This document shows, one piece after another, positions 39,213 through 48,915 of a stretch of 64,000 nt of DNA. The notes beneath the pieces were generated by a model that did no database searches, had not been told where the DNA came from, and saw nothing but the letters and a program-made list of their open reading frames with translations. The number at the start of each line of letters is the position of its first letter. Positions within the stretch are counted from its first letter, which is position 1. Position numbers and translations under genes: made by a program. Source of the stretch: Candidatus Elulimicrobiales bacterium (GTDB lineage: Bacteria; Patescibacteriota; Minisyncoccia; Phycocordibacterales; UBA5272); the NCBI GenBank assembly GCA_034927475.1, contig JAYFPW010000002.1:193606-257605 (forward strand), given 5' to 3'.

Positions 39213-40274
39213 TTACTCTATTGGAATAATATCTTTGGAATCTTTAATAATAAGCTCATGATATCTAGCTAAATCGGATAGAACAATTTCTGTACCAACA
39301 ACAACATCTGTCAAAGGACTTACAGAAATATGGGCTGCGACTTTTAGATTTTCTTCAAAGAGTTTATCTATATTTTTAATAAGAGAACCTCCACCAGTTA
39401 AAATTATTCCGTCTCTCAAAATATCTCCCAAAATTTCTGGAGGGGCTGTTTCTAAAGTTTCCCTAACCGCTTCTACAATTTGAAACAAGCTAGGAGCCAT
39501 GGCTTCACGAATATCAGATTCATTTACATTGATTTCTTTTGGAAGCCCTGAGACCAAATCTCTACCTTTAATAGAGATACTAGTCTCGATCATAGAATGA
39601 TTATCTGGCAAAGCGGACCCAATCTCCATTTTTATTTCTTCAGCAGTTTTTTCTCCAATTAAAACTTTATAATGATTTCTAATATAAGAAATTATATCTT
39701 GATTCATTTTATCACCTGCTATTTTTAAATTTTTTCTTTTTACAATTCCAGAAAGAGAAGTTATTGCGATATCTGTTGTTCCACCACCAATATCTACCAC
39801 CATAGAGCCAGTTGGAGTTTCTATAGATAAACCCATTCCTATTGCTGCAGCTGCTGCTTCTTCTAAAATATAAACCTCTCTCGCCCCAGCAGAATTTGCC
39901 GCATCTTCTACAGCTCTAATTTCAACATCTGTAACGCCGATTGGAATACCGATAACCACTCTTGGCCTTAAAAATTTTTTATTTAGATTATTAGCTTTAT
40001 TAATTAAATAAGAAAGAAATTCTTCAGTTACTTCATAATCAGAAATTACCCCATCAATAATAGGGCGGATAATTGTAATATGTTCTGGAGTTCTACCCAT
40101 CATATTTTTCGCCTCTATTCCTAGAGCTACAATTTTATTGGTTTTATTATTTATAGCTACTACAGAAGGCTCATTAATAACAATCCCTGTCCCACGCAAA
40201 GAAACTAGAGTATTTGTTGTACCTAAATCGATACCAATATCATTAGAAAATCTTGAAAAATACTTATTAAACAT
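39213..40274 (-). CDS. mreB: Rod shape-determining protein MreB
   Basis: GIDLGTTNT, EPSVVA, VDIGGGTTD, TGGGSL. Confidence 0.95.
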   Translation of the reverse strand: MFNKYFSRFSNDIGIDLGTTNTLVSLRGTGIVINEPSVVAINNKTNKIVALGIEAKNMMGRTPEHITIIRPIIDGVISDYEVTEEFLSYLINKANNLNKKFLRPRVVIGIPIGVTDVEIRAVEDAANSAGAREVYILEEAAAAAIGMGLSIETPTGSMVVDIGGGTTDIAITSLSGIVKRKNLKIAGDKMNQDIISYIRNHYKVLIGEKTAEEIKMEIGSALPDNHSMIETSISIKGRDLVSGLPKEINVNESDIREAMAPSLFQIVEAVRETLETAPPEILGDILRDGIILTGGGSLIKNIDKLFEENLKVAAHISVSPLTDVVVGTEIVLSDLARYHELIIKDSKDIIPIE

Positions 40275-40312
40275 AGCTAAAATTTTCTATATCTTAGCAC
40301 AAAAGACTTTGA

Positions 40313-40341
40313 TTGACAAAATTAAAAAACTTTTATAGACT
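40313..40341 (+). promoter_or_regulatory. sigma70 promoter of the 40383 orphan
   Basis: TTGACA, 17 nt, TAGACT. Confidence 0.75.
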
Positions 40342-40382
40342 AAGGCTAGAAACAATATTGTCAAACCAAAAAACTTACAGAA

Positions 40383-40787
40383 ATGAAAAGATTAATGTTC
40401 TTTATTTTTTTAATTAGCATTTTTTCTTTTTCTGCAAAAGCGCAGTATAGACTTCCATACCCACAAACGATTACAACTCAAGTACAAGATCTTGGGCCAT
40501 ACGGATATGGTAGCCTACAACAAGAAATAATGCAGTGCGGTCGCATCCTAGGACCCGGAAGATATCAGCAACGATTAAGATCTTCAATGTTTTTGCTAGG
40601 AAGAAGTATGCCCGTAGATAAAGTTAGGAACCTACAAATGGGACCTGCTGGATCTGTGGTGTGGGAAGATTTATACCTAAATGGTATATCGATTGGCCGG
40701 ACAAATGTCGTTGGTAGAACAGCTACCACTACTCTGTATAATCAAAATATACAGAGAGCCATGTATCCACAAAGAAGGATTTGGTAA
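40383..40787 (+). CDS. Orphan secreted protein with cleavable AxA-Q signal peptide
   Basis: MKRLMFFIFLISIFSFSAKA/QY...; Gln/Gly/Arg-rich mature part. Confidence 0.75.
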   Translation: MKRLMFFIFLISIFSFSAKAQYRLPYPQTITTQVQDLGPYGYGSLQQEIMQCGRILGPGRYQQRLRSSMFLLGRSMPVDKVRNLQMGPAGSVVWEDLYLNGISIGRTNVVGRTATTTLYNQNIQRAMYPQRRIW

Positions 40788-40797
40788 ATATCCTAAC

Positions 40798-40837
40798 AAA
40801 ATCACCTTATAAAAGTAATCTATGAGGTGATTTTTTA
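40798..40837. terminator. Bidirectional terminator
   Basis: AAAATCACCTTATA-9 nt-TATGAGGTGATTTT. Confidence 0.75.
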
Positions 40838-40839
40838 TT

Positions 40840-42093
40840 TTATAAATTATTTAAAAACTCTTCTATGGAGACTATTTTAGTTTCTAACTCGTTTCTCTTT
40901 TTGATTTCTACACCCCCTTTTTCTAAACTTTTTTCAGAAACTACAACTCGGAGTGGAATACCTATGAGATCAGCATCAGAAAATTTTTCTCCTGGAGTTT
41001 TATTTTCCCTATTATCAAATAAAACTTCCACTCCTTTAACTGTTAATTTTTCATAAATATCTTTAGCTGCCTTATAAGATTCATCCTCTTCATCTCTAAA
41101 TAAAGAAACTAAATGTATTTTAAAAGGTGCTACAGCTTCTGGCCAAATGATTCCTTTTTCGTCAGAAAAACATTCTACAATTGTCCCCATAAGTCTAGTA
41201 ATACCAATACCGTATGACCCCATAAAAACTTTATCTTCTTCCCCTTCTTTATTTTTATATTTTAAATCTATTGGGTCTGAAAATTTATATTCTAAACTAA
41301 AAATATTTCCCACTTCGATAGATTTTTTTTCTACTAAATTATTTTTGTCTAATTCCAAATCTTCTAAAACTTCATCAGTCAAAACCTCTTTATTCACTGC
41401 AATCTTTTTTTCAAAATCTACATAAATTGTGTCTTCTCCAGCTTCGGATAAAGTTTGAAACTCGTGAGAGAATTTTGAAAAAGTTCCTCCACTTGCAAAA
41501 GTGAAATAAGTTTTATCTCCAAGACCGATTCTTTCAAAAACATTTCTATAAGCTTCTTCCGCTTTTTCATAAAACTTTTCATGCTCTTCTTTGTTTTTAG
41601 AAAAAGAATAAAGCGCTTTCCAGTAAAATTCTCTTCCACGCATTAGTCCAGATTTACTTCTGGCTTCATTTCTAAAAATAGATTTAAAATCATAAGGATA
41701 AGCCGGTAAATCTTTATAAGAAGAAATATAAGATTTCATTATATTTGCATAAGCTTCTTCATTTGTGAAAGAAAGTCCAACCTCTGCTCCATTTTTAAGT
41801 TTAGTTTTAAACCAAGTATCTACTACTTCATCGTCCCATCTATTTGTCTTTTCCCAAACTTCTTTGTTTTGTAAAATTGAAGTCTTCATTTCTACTCCTC
41901 CAATTTTATTCATTTCTTCACGAATTATATTTTCAATTTTTTGAATTACCCGAACTCCAAGCGGAAGCAAAGAATATACTCCGGCCATTTCTTTAAAAAC
42001 ATAACCAGCTTGAATTAAGAAGCGAGCGTTGTTTGAAGTTTCGTCTGCAGGAAATTCTTTTTTAGTTTTTGTAAAAAGTTGTGATTGAAGCAT
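40840..42093 (-). CDS. proS: Proline--tRNA ligase, short form without INS editing domain
   Basis: FRNEARSKSGLMRGREF, IEVGNIF, MGSYGIGITR, anticodon domain ADLIGIP. Confidence 0.95.
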   Translation of the reverse strand: MLQSQLFTKTKKEFPADETSNNARFLIQAGYVFKEMAGVYSLLPLGVRVIQKIENIIREEMNKIGGVEMKTSILQNKEVWEKTNRWDDEVVDTWFKTKLKNGAEVGLSFTNEEAYANIMKSYISSYKDLPAYPYDFKSIFRNEARSKSGLMRGREFYWKALYSFSKNKEEHEKFYEKAEEAYRNVFERIGLGDKTYFTFASGGTFSKFSHEFQTLSEAGEDTIYVDFEKKIAVNKEVLTDEVLEDLELDKNNLVEKKSIEVGNIFSLEYKFSDPIDLKYKNKEGEEDKVFMGSYGIGITRLMGTIVECFSDEKGIIWPEAVAPFKIHLVSLFRDEEDESYKAAKDIYEKLTVKGVEVLFDNRENKTPGEKFSDADLIGIPLRVVVSEKSLEKGGVEIKKRNELETKIVSIEEFLNNL

Positions 42094-42215
42094 ATTTTTA
42101 AAAAAGTTTATAAAATATATAGCTATTTTACATTATTTTTATAACTATCCCAACACTTGACCTATTAATAAAATTATTATAAGCTACACAAGGTTAAATT
42201 TAAAATAAAAATAGA

Positions 42216-42377
42216 ATGGAAACAAAAGAAAACAAAACTGTCTACTTTCCTCCCAACATTGAAGTTATAGATATTGAATTAAACCAAAACATTTTGGGAG
42301 GAAGCGATGCGCCAAGGGAAAGGGAAAAATATTCACCCCAGCCCAAAGGTGGAAAAAAATTCAAAAACCAAAAATAG
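42216..42377 (+). CDS. 53-aa orphan peptide with YxxP...ILGGS leader-like motif (not in ORF track)
   Basis: METKENKTVYFPPNIEVIDIELNQNILGGSDAPREREKYSPQPKGGKKFKNQK; TTGACC (42157-42162), 17 nt, TAAGCT upstream. Confidence 0.75.
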   Translation: METKENKTVYFPPNIEVIDIELNQNILGGSDAPREREKYSPQPKGGKKFKNQK

Positions 42378-42400
42378 GGTATCCCCCTATTTTTTATTTT
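42370..42400. terminator. Terminator overlapping the peptide stop codon
   Basis: AAAAATAGGG-tatcc-CCCTATTTTT. Confidence 0.75.
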
Positions 42401-42422
42401 ATAAACTATTTATTAGAGATCT

Positions 42423-43646
42423 CTAGAAAAGTTTTAACACATCTTTAACTGTTACCACCACCATCAATAATATTAATATTATAAACCCGGCACCATTTAA
42501 AATTCCTTGCCATTTTTCTGGAATTTTTTTACCGGAAATCCATTCTATAAGTACAAATAAAATTCTTCCTCCATCCAGTGCTGGAAATGGGAGTATGTTG
42601 AAAATAGCTAAAGAAATTGAAAGAACTGCTGAAAAAAGAAGTAAGTAACTAAAACCTAAAGTCTTAGCTTCGCCAACCATTCCAAATATTCCAACTGGGC
42701 CAGCAATATCCTGAGAAATACTTCCTTTGGTAAATAAATTTACAAATAAATCTTTGAAACCGACTAGGGTCAATTTTGTAAATTCAACAGTTTTATCAAA
42801 ACCCATTTTGACAGCTTCAGAAAATTTTAAATTAATTGTAGCGGTCTTAGCGAAAGCTACGCCGATCATTTTTTTATCTTTATTTCCTTCTACATTATAA
42901 ACTCCAGCGAGAGTTGTTGATAAATCTTCTCCTTTTTTATTTTTATAATAAACAGTAATAGAATCTCCATGTTTAGCTTCTGTGTCATTTATAGCTTTAG
43001 AAACTGCCTCAGTAATCTCTTCTCCGGAAGCTTTATTTATATCGATAGTCTTTTGATTATCTACTTGACCTATTACATCTTCCGCATTAAGAGTTATTTT
43101 TTGCACTTCATCACCAACTTTTAATCCTGCCATTTCAGCTGGAGAATTTTTTACAACATTTGCGATTAAAACTGTCTCATTGCGAATTCTTCCTTCATCA
43201 ACAAATGTTTGATATTCTTCTGAGTTTCTATCTATAGCAAAAGTCGTAGTTGAATAGACTGAAGCAGTGATTAATATATAAGCTAAGATTAAATTCATTA
43301 TTACTCCAGCAGAAAGTATAAAAATTTTAATCAAAGGATGTTTGTGGGCGAAACTTCTTTTTAAATCTGGCTTTGGTTTATTTTCAAAAATTTCACCTTC
43401 CTCTTTATTTTCAGAAGAGTTTTTTTCATCCATACCATTTTCACCATAAATTTTTACATAACCACCGACCGGAATAGCATTGAAAGAATATGTAGTTTCG
43501 CCTTTAGTCTTAGAAAAAAGTCTAGGAGGAAATCCGAAAGCAAATTCGTCTACTCTTACCCCGGAAGATTTCGCAGCAAAAAAGTGTCCCGCTTCATGAA
43601 CTAAAACCAAGACTAAAAGTATTGCAATAAAAATTAAAATTGTCAT
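42423..43646 (-). CDS. rseP: Site-2 (RIP) zinc metalloprotease with PDZ domain
   Basis: HEAGH, GGYVKI, NSPAEMAGL, NILPFPALDGG. Confidence 0.93.
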   Translation of the reverse strand: MTILIFIAILLVLVLVHEAGHFFAAKSSGVRVDEFAFGFPPRLFSKTKGETTYSFNAIPVGGYVKIYGENGMDEKNSSENKEEGEIFENKPKPDLKRSFAHKHPLIKIFILSAGVIMNLILAYILITASVYSTTTFAIDRNSEEYQTFVDEGRIRNETVLIANVVKNSPAEMAGLKVGDEVQKITLNAEDVIGQVDNQKTIDINKASGEEITEAVSKAINDTEAKHGDSITVYYKNKKGEDLSTTLAGVYNVEGNKDKKMIGVAFAKTATINLKFSEAVKMGFDKTVEFTKLTLVGFKDLFVNLFTKGSISQDIAGPVGIFGMVGEAKTLGFSYLLLFSAVLSISLAIFNILPFPALDGGRILFVLIEWISGKKIPEKWQGILNGAGFIILILLMVVVTVKDVLKLF

Positions 43647-43689
43647 AAAATGATGTTAAATTATAAAAATTATTTTAACACAAAGCCGC

Positions 43690-44244
43690 CTATTCCCCTA
43701 AAACATCTTTTTCTTTTTTGGAATACATTTCTTCTAGTTCGCGATTGGCTTCAGTGACAAGATTTTGAAGCTCTTCTAAATATTTTTCTTCTTCATCTTT
43801 TCCAAACTCTCCATCTTTGCCAGATTTTTCAATTTCTTTTTTAATATCTTCTCTTATTCCTCTAACTTTAACCCTCGCCTCTTCGAGTTTCTCTTTAATA
43901 AGTTTAACCATTCTTTGTCTAGATTCGGTTGTAGGCTTTGGGAAAAAAACTCTAAGACCTGTCGAATCTGCAGAAGTAGATAAGCCTAAATTAGCTTCAT
44001 TTATAACTTTTTCTATTTCTTTTAATAAAGTTTTATCATAAGGCACTATTAAAAGATTAGCTGGACTTTCTACACCAACAGACGCTACGTGAGAAATAGC
44101 CATTTTTGACCCATAGGAATCTACTGAAAGCAAATCTAAAACCTGTGGAGTAGCAGCCCCAGTTTGTACAGATCTATATTCGGAAGCAAGATAATTTGAA
44201 ATATTTTCCTTCTCTTCTTTAAATTTTGTAAAATCGTATGACAT
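43690..44244 (-). CDS. frr: Ribosome recycling factor
   Basis: TGAATP.VLD, V.SYG, P.TTESR...VK, KKEKDVL. Confidence 0.92.
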   Translation of the reverse strand: MSYDFTKFKEEKENISNYLASEYRSVQTGAATPQVLDLLSVDSYGSKMAISHVASVGVESPANLLIVPYDKTLLKEIEKVINEANLGLSTSADSTGLRVFFPKPTTESRQRMVKLIKEKLEEARVKVRGIREDIKKEIEKSGKDGEFGKDEEEKYLEELQNLVTEANRELEEMYSKKEKDVLGE

Positions 44245-44292
44245 ATTTTTGTATGAAAAAGATTATATCATAAAGCATTATTTTCTAAAATT

Positions 44293-45144
44293 CTAATTTT
44301 GAATTTCTGGAAGCTTTAAAGACAAATATTCTAAAAGAGTTTTGCCACTACTAGAATTATTTTTCGCATATTTTACAGATTCTATAACATCTTCAATATC
44401 AGACAAAAATTCTTTATTTTGATAATTAAACATTTTAAATTTTTCATTATCAGAATTATCTAGCTCATCATCATTTTTAGCTTCCAAAATAAAACTCTCA
44501 TGATTTTGCACCAAATAATCATGTAAAGCGAGAAGGAATTTTTCTAAACTTTCCCTGTCTTTTCTTTCTTTGTCTTCAAATTCAAAAGCGTATTCATCTT
44601 TCCTGTCCAAAATCTCAGAAATTTCTTTTAACTTCATTCTCTGTACTGGTTTTGTTGTTAAAAATTTTTCTACAGCTCTCATAAAAAATTCATCTTCAGC
44701 ATTTTTAGAAAGAATTTCTTCTTCTGATATATCTAGCCTATAAAGCCGAGACAAAACTGTACTAATTAAATTGATACCTTTATGAACTATAAATAAAACT
44801 TTAATATTTTCTGGAGATTCTTCGAGAAATTTTAAAAGAGCATTTTGTGCTTCTCTATTTATTGAGTAAAAAGAAACTAGAATAAAATTATTATGAGAAA
44901 AATTTGTATTCCCATAGCTAATAATTTCTCTAGCTTTTGCAATATCAAAAATTTTTAAATTTATAAAAAGACTTTCGTTGACATCTTCTTTATTTTTTAT
45001 TTTATCTTCAAAATATTTATAAACTATTTCTCTGTTTTTTGTTTCTAATAAAAAAACATTTGAAGAAGCAGTACTAAATTCCTCGAAAACTTTATCGAGC
45101 TTTTCCTTATATTCATTATTCAAGTCTAATTCTAACGAATCCAT
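44293..45144 (-). CDS. Divergent DNA polymerase III delta-prime-like clamp-loader subunit
   Basis: REAQNALLKFLEESP and TVLSR motifs. Confidence 0.7.
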   Translation of the reverse strand: MDSLELDLNNEYKEKLDKVFEEFSTASSNVFLLETKNREIVYKYFEDKIKNKEDVNESLFINLKIFDIAKAREIISYGNTNFSHNNFILVSFYSINREAQNALLKFLEESPENIKVLFIVHKGINLISTVLSRLYRLDISEEEILSKNAEDEFFMRAVEKFLTTKPVQRMKLKEISEILDRKDEYAFEFEDKERKDRESLEKFLLALHDYLVQNHESFILEAKNDDELDNSDNEKFKMFNYQNKEFLSDIEDVIESVKYAKNNSSSGKTLLEYLSLKLPEIQN

Positions 45145-45163
45145 GTCGTTATAATATCATTTT

Positions 45164-46177
45164 TTATCTTTTCGCTAAAATGGATTTTTTATAAACATCG
45201 AGATGGGCAAGCGCTAAACCTGTTCCTTTCGAAACACAGAAAATAGTATCCGTTGCCAATTCTGCTTTTACCCCAGTTCTTCTTTCAACTAAAATTGGAA
45301 AATGTCTAAGAAGTGAAGATCCTCCACTCATAATAATACCGTTATCTATAATATCTCTAGATAGCTCAGGTGGAGTTTCTTGAAGTACACTTTTAATAGC
45401 TAAAATAATTTGTTTCAATTCTTTATCTATTGCTTTAGTGATTTCATTTGTTTTTATTTCTACAGTTTTTGGCAATCCAGAATTAATATCTCTACCTTTT
45501 ACTTCCATAGTCATCTCTTCTTCCAGTGGTAAAGCGGAACCAATTTCCATTTTCATTTCTTCAGCGGTTTGTTCACCGATAATTAAATTATGATTCTTTT
45601 TTACATAATCCACAATCGCTTTATCCATTTTATTTCCAGCAAATTTTACAGATTTAGAACAGACTATTCCCCCAAGAGAAATCACAGCCACATCAGTCAT
45701 ACCACCTCCAACATCGACAATAATTCTTCCGCTAGCTTCATGAATCGGAATCCCAGCACCAATAGCTGCCAAGACCGGCTCTTTCACAATATAAGCATTT
45801 TTTGCTCCAGATTTTATAGCCGCCTCAATGACAGATCTTCTTTCTGTTCCCGTAATTCCACTAGGCACTGAAACCATAATTTCCGGTTTAAAAATATTAA
45901 ATTTAGGTAAAACTTTATTTATATAATATTTAAGCATCGCTTCTGTGACTTTGTAATTTGCAATAACTCCATCCCGAATTGGTCGATAAGCAATAATCGC
46001 GTCTGGAGTTTTCCCAATCATTTCTTTAGCTTTATTTCCAATAGCCAAAATTTGTCCATCTTCTTTAGAAATAGCGACAACTGAAGGCTCGTTTAAAACG
46101 ATACCCTTTTCTGGTACATAAACTCTGGTATTTGTAGTTCCAAGATCGATGCCTAATTTTTTAATAAAAATTGCCAT
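45164..46177 (-). CDS. mreB: Second MreB/Mbl actin-like protein
   Basis: GIDLGTTNT, EPVLAAIGAG, DVGGG, SGGSSLL; ATG 46177. Confidence 0.9.
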   Translation of the reverse strand: MAIFIKKLGIDLGTTNTRVYVPEKGIVLNEPSVVAISKEDGQILAIGNKAKEMIGKTPDAIIAYRPIRDGVIANYKVTEAMLKYYINKVLPKFNIFKPEIMVSVPSGITGTERRSVIEAAIKSGAKNAYIVKEPVLAAIGAGIPIHEASGRIIVDVGGGMTDVAVISLGGIVCSKSVKFAGNKMDKAIVDYVKKNHNLIIGEQTAEEMKMEIGSALPLEEEMTMEVKGRDINSGLPKTVEIKTNEITKAIDKELKQIILAIKSVLQETPPELSRDIIDNGIIMSGGSSLLRHFPILVERRTGVKAELATDTIFCVSKGTGLALAHLDVYKKSILAKR

Positions 46178-46297
46178 AAAAAGTAGAAATAAACTATATT
46201 TCACCATCAATTTATCACAAAAATAGGAACTTGACAAAGATTTCTTTTATTTTATCTTCTGGCATTTTAAAAACCTGAATCTTGGTATAATTGGCAT

Positions 46298-48274
46298 ATG
46301 TATATTTTAAAAATAATTCCTATCGCTAAAGGTTTACCAGAAAATTATTTTTCTTATTTTTCAAAAGAAAAACTTCCTTTGGGTTCTTTAGTGGAGATAA
46401 AAATTAAAAATAGAAAAGTTGCTGGACTAGTTTCTGAGACGAGTAAGGTAGAAAAAGAAAAAATAAATTTAAAATCTCAAAAATTTACCCTAAAGAAAAT
46501 TGAAAGGGTTATAAAAGAAAATTTTATAGATGAAAATCTCTTTCAAAGTATTGTCGAAGTTTCTATTTTATTAGGAGTAAAAGAAAGTGAAATTATAAAA
46601 AATTATATTCCTGAATTTGTATTTGAAAATATAGATTCATTTTCCGATGAAAGTTTTTTAAATAAAAAAAGTATAGAAAGATATTTTATAGAAAGTTTTG
46701 AAAAGAGACATTTAGAATATTTGAATCTTATAAAATATAATTTTAAAGAAGGAAAGACTTCTCTTATATTCTTTCCGACTATTAGCGACCTAGAAACCAC
46801 TAAAAAATATTTTGAATCTAAAAATATACAAAATATTGCAACCTTTCATTCTAGTCAAACTAAAAAAGAATTAAAAAATAATCTTGAAAAATTAAAAGAA
46901 AAAAGTCTTTTAATATTATCAACTCCTTCACTTTTACCATTTTTAATAGCTAATAAAATTAATTTAAAAACTGTAATTTTAGAAAAAGAAAATTCTTATA
47001 ACTACTTTTCCCATGCGGCTAGAAAACAAATTGACGCGAGAGAAATAATTAAAAAAATAGCTAAAGACTTGAATTTAGATTTAATTTTAGCTGGTAATAT
47101 TTTATCTTTACAAAGTTTTAAAGATTTTAAATCCTCAAAAAATCTAGAATCCGCAAATAAAAAAAGTTTTACTATTATAGATTTATCAAAAGAAAAAGAA
47201 TTAAAAAAAGAAGAGCTAGAAAAAAGAATAAAAAAGATTTCTAATAAAAAAGAAAGTAAGTACAATTCTGTCTATTTTAGTGAAGAATTAATAGAAAAGC
47301 TGGAAGAAATTAAAAAAAATAAAGATAAAGTATTTTTATATGCAAAAAGAAAAGGTCTTTATACCGAAACTATTTGCTCAGATTGTAATACTATTTTTAA
47401 ATGTAGAAATTGCGATAAACCCTATATTTTATTTAAAAAGCAAAATCAGAATGAAGTTGAAAGATTTTATATCTGTAGCAATTGTAAAGATAAAATAGAG
47501 CTTAAAAAAAGTGAAAATTTAATATGTGAAAATTGCGGAAGCTGGAAAATGAACACTCTCGGTGTAGGAACTCAAGGTATTGAAGAAAATTTAAAAGAAA
47601 TTGGTTTTAAAACTTTTCTTCTTGATTCGGAAAGTGTAAAAACTAAAAAAGAGATTAAAAATATTTTAGAGTCTTGGCAAAAAGAAAAGTCCTCTATTTT
47701 AATCGGCACCGATTTAGCTTTAAATTTTCTGAATAGAGATTTTGAAATAGATTTGGGAGCAATCATTTCTCTGGATTCACTTTTTTCAATTCCAGAAATA
47801 AATATAGATGAAAAAATATTAAATATTTGTTTAGAGTTAAAGGAAAAAATAAATAGCAGAGAAAAAATAATAATTCAAACTCGCCTCAAAGAGCAAGAAG
47901 TTTGGGATTATTTAAAAGATAATAATATTTTAGGATTTTTAAAAGACGAATTAGAAATTAGAGAAAGTTTTAATTTGCCTCCTTATGCAAATATTTTGAA
48001 ATTTAGATTAACTAAAAAAGAAATAAGAAGCAAAGAAAATATTGAAAGAATTTTAAAAAGAATATTCGACGAAGAAAAAATAAAATTTGAAAAAATAATT
48101 TGGAGAATAGAAAAAAAAACTGGTAACCATATTGGGATTTTAACCCTATCAAAAGATTTCTGGCAAATAAAAAAGGAAGGAAAAATTTTCCCTTCCAGTT
48201 TTGCGAAAAAAGTCATTACCCTTCTCCAGGATTTTCACCTGGAAATAAATCCACCCAATGTACTTCTGCCATAG
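46298..48274 (+). CDS. priA: Primosomal protein N' (PriA) with degenerate helicase motifs
   Basis: N-terminal 3'-binding domain, four CxxC, G.GTQ.IEE.L, ILIGT, IIIQT, LPPY; Walker A and DEAH absent. Confidence 0.85.
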   Translation: MYILKIIPIAKGLPENYFSYFSKEKLPLGSLVEIKIKNRKVAGLVSETSKVEKEKINLKSQKFTLKKIERVIKENFIDENLFQSIVEVSILLGVKESEIIKNYIPEFVFENIDSFSDESFLNKKSIERYFIESFEKRHLEYLNLIKYNFKEGKTSLIFFPTISDLETTKKYFESKNIQNIATFHSSQTKKELKNNLEKLKEKSLLILSTPSLLPFLIANKINLKTVILEKENSYNYFSHAARKQIDAREIIKKIAKDLNLDLILAGNILSLQSFKDFKSSKNLESANKKSFTIIDLSKEKELKKEELEKRIKKISNKKESKYNSVYFSEELIEKLEEIKKNKDKVFLYAKRKGLYTETICSDCNTIFKCRNCDKPYILFKKQNQNEVERFYICSNCKDKIELKKSENLICENCGSWKMNTLGVGTQGIEENLKEIGFKTFLLDSESVKTKKEIKNILESWQKEKSSILIGTDLALNFLNRDFEIDLGAIISLDSLFSIPEINIDEKILNICLELKEKINSREKIIIQTRLKEQEVWDYLKDNNILGFLKDELEIRESFNLPPYANILKFRLTKKEIRSKENIERILKRIFDEEKIKFEKIIWRIEKKTGNHIGILTLSKDFWQIKKEGKIFPSSFAKKVITLLQDFHLEINPPNVLLP

Positions 48275-48788
48275 AAAGAAAATCGTCCTTCTCCAAAGCT
48301 GGATGTTCTGGATCTTTCTTTTCTAAAATTTCTACAATTATACTCAGCGTAAACTGAGGTCTCAGCTTCTCAACAATAGGCGTGATTTCTTCGAAGACAC
48401 TTTTAATGAAGTTACTATTCAGAATAAGTATCGACGTTATCATTTCTAAATTTTTGGCTTTTTCAAACTCTACAAGTGAGCCAGATAAAACTTGTAAGCG
48501 CAAATAATACTCCTCACAAACTCTAAATAGCTCGTAAAACCAATTTTCATAATAAGGCACATGGTCTCCACACAAGACTTCGATGTCGTGAATAACCTTT
48601 TCATCGGAATAAGATCTTTCAGGAAAAGCTTTCGATAAATTATCGAGATATCCTAAAGTTACTATTCTTTTAGTGATGTTCAGGAGACTAGTAGCGGTTA
48701 CAATTTTTATGCCTATTTTTTCCTCTCCTAGGGACAAAAAATGGTCAGCGACTTTGTCAAACAACGAGAAATAATTTATTTTCTTCAT
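48216..48788 (-). CDS. Orphan hypothetical protein, 190 aa, overlapping the priA 3' end by 59 bp
   Basis: TTGACA (48862-48857), 17 nt, TATATT (48839-48834) upstream. Confidence 0.7.
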   Translation of the reverse strand: MKKINYFSLFDKVADHFLSLGEEKIGIKIVTATSLLNITKRIVTLGYLDNLSKAFPERSYSDEKVIHDIEVLCGDHVPYYENWFYELFRVCEEYYLRLQVLSGSLVEFEKAKNLEMITSILILNSNFIKSVFEEITPIVEKLRPQFTLSIIVEILEKKDPEHPALEKDDFLSMAEVHWVDLFPGENPGEG

Positions 48789-48915
48789 TTTTAAAACATT
48801 TAAATATTTATAAATTATAGAATTTCTGAGTAGAATATACCTAACAGAAACATCTTTGTCAAGTGTCTTTAAAAGAAGTTTATGCTAAAATATTCTTATA
48901 AAATAAGCATTATAT

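Noticed and set aside
39213-46177. Two mreB copies as a novelty
   Set aside because: MreB paralogs are common and both copies have ordinary actin-fold motifs.
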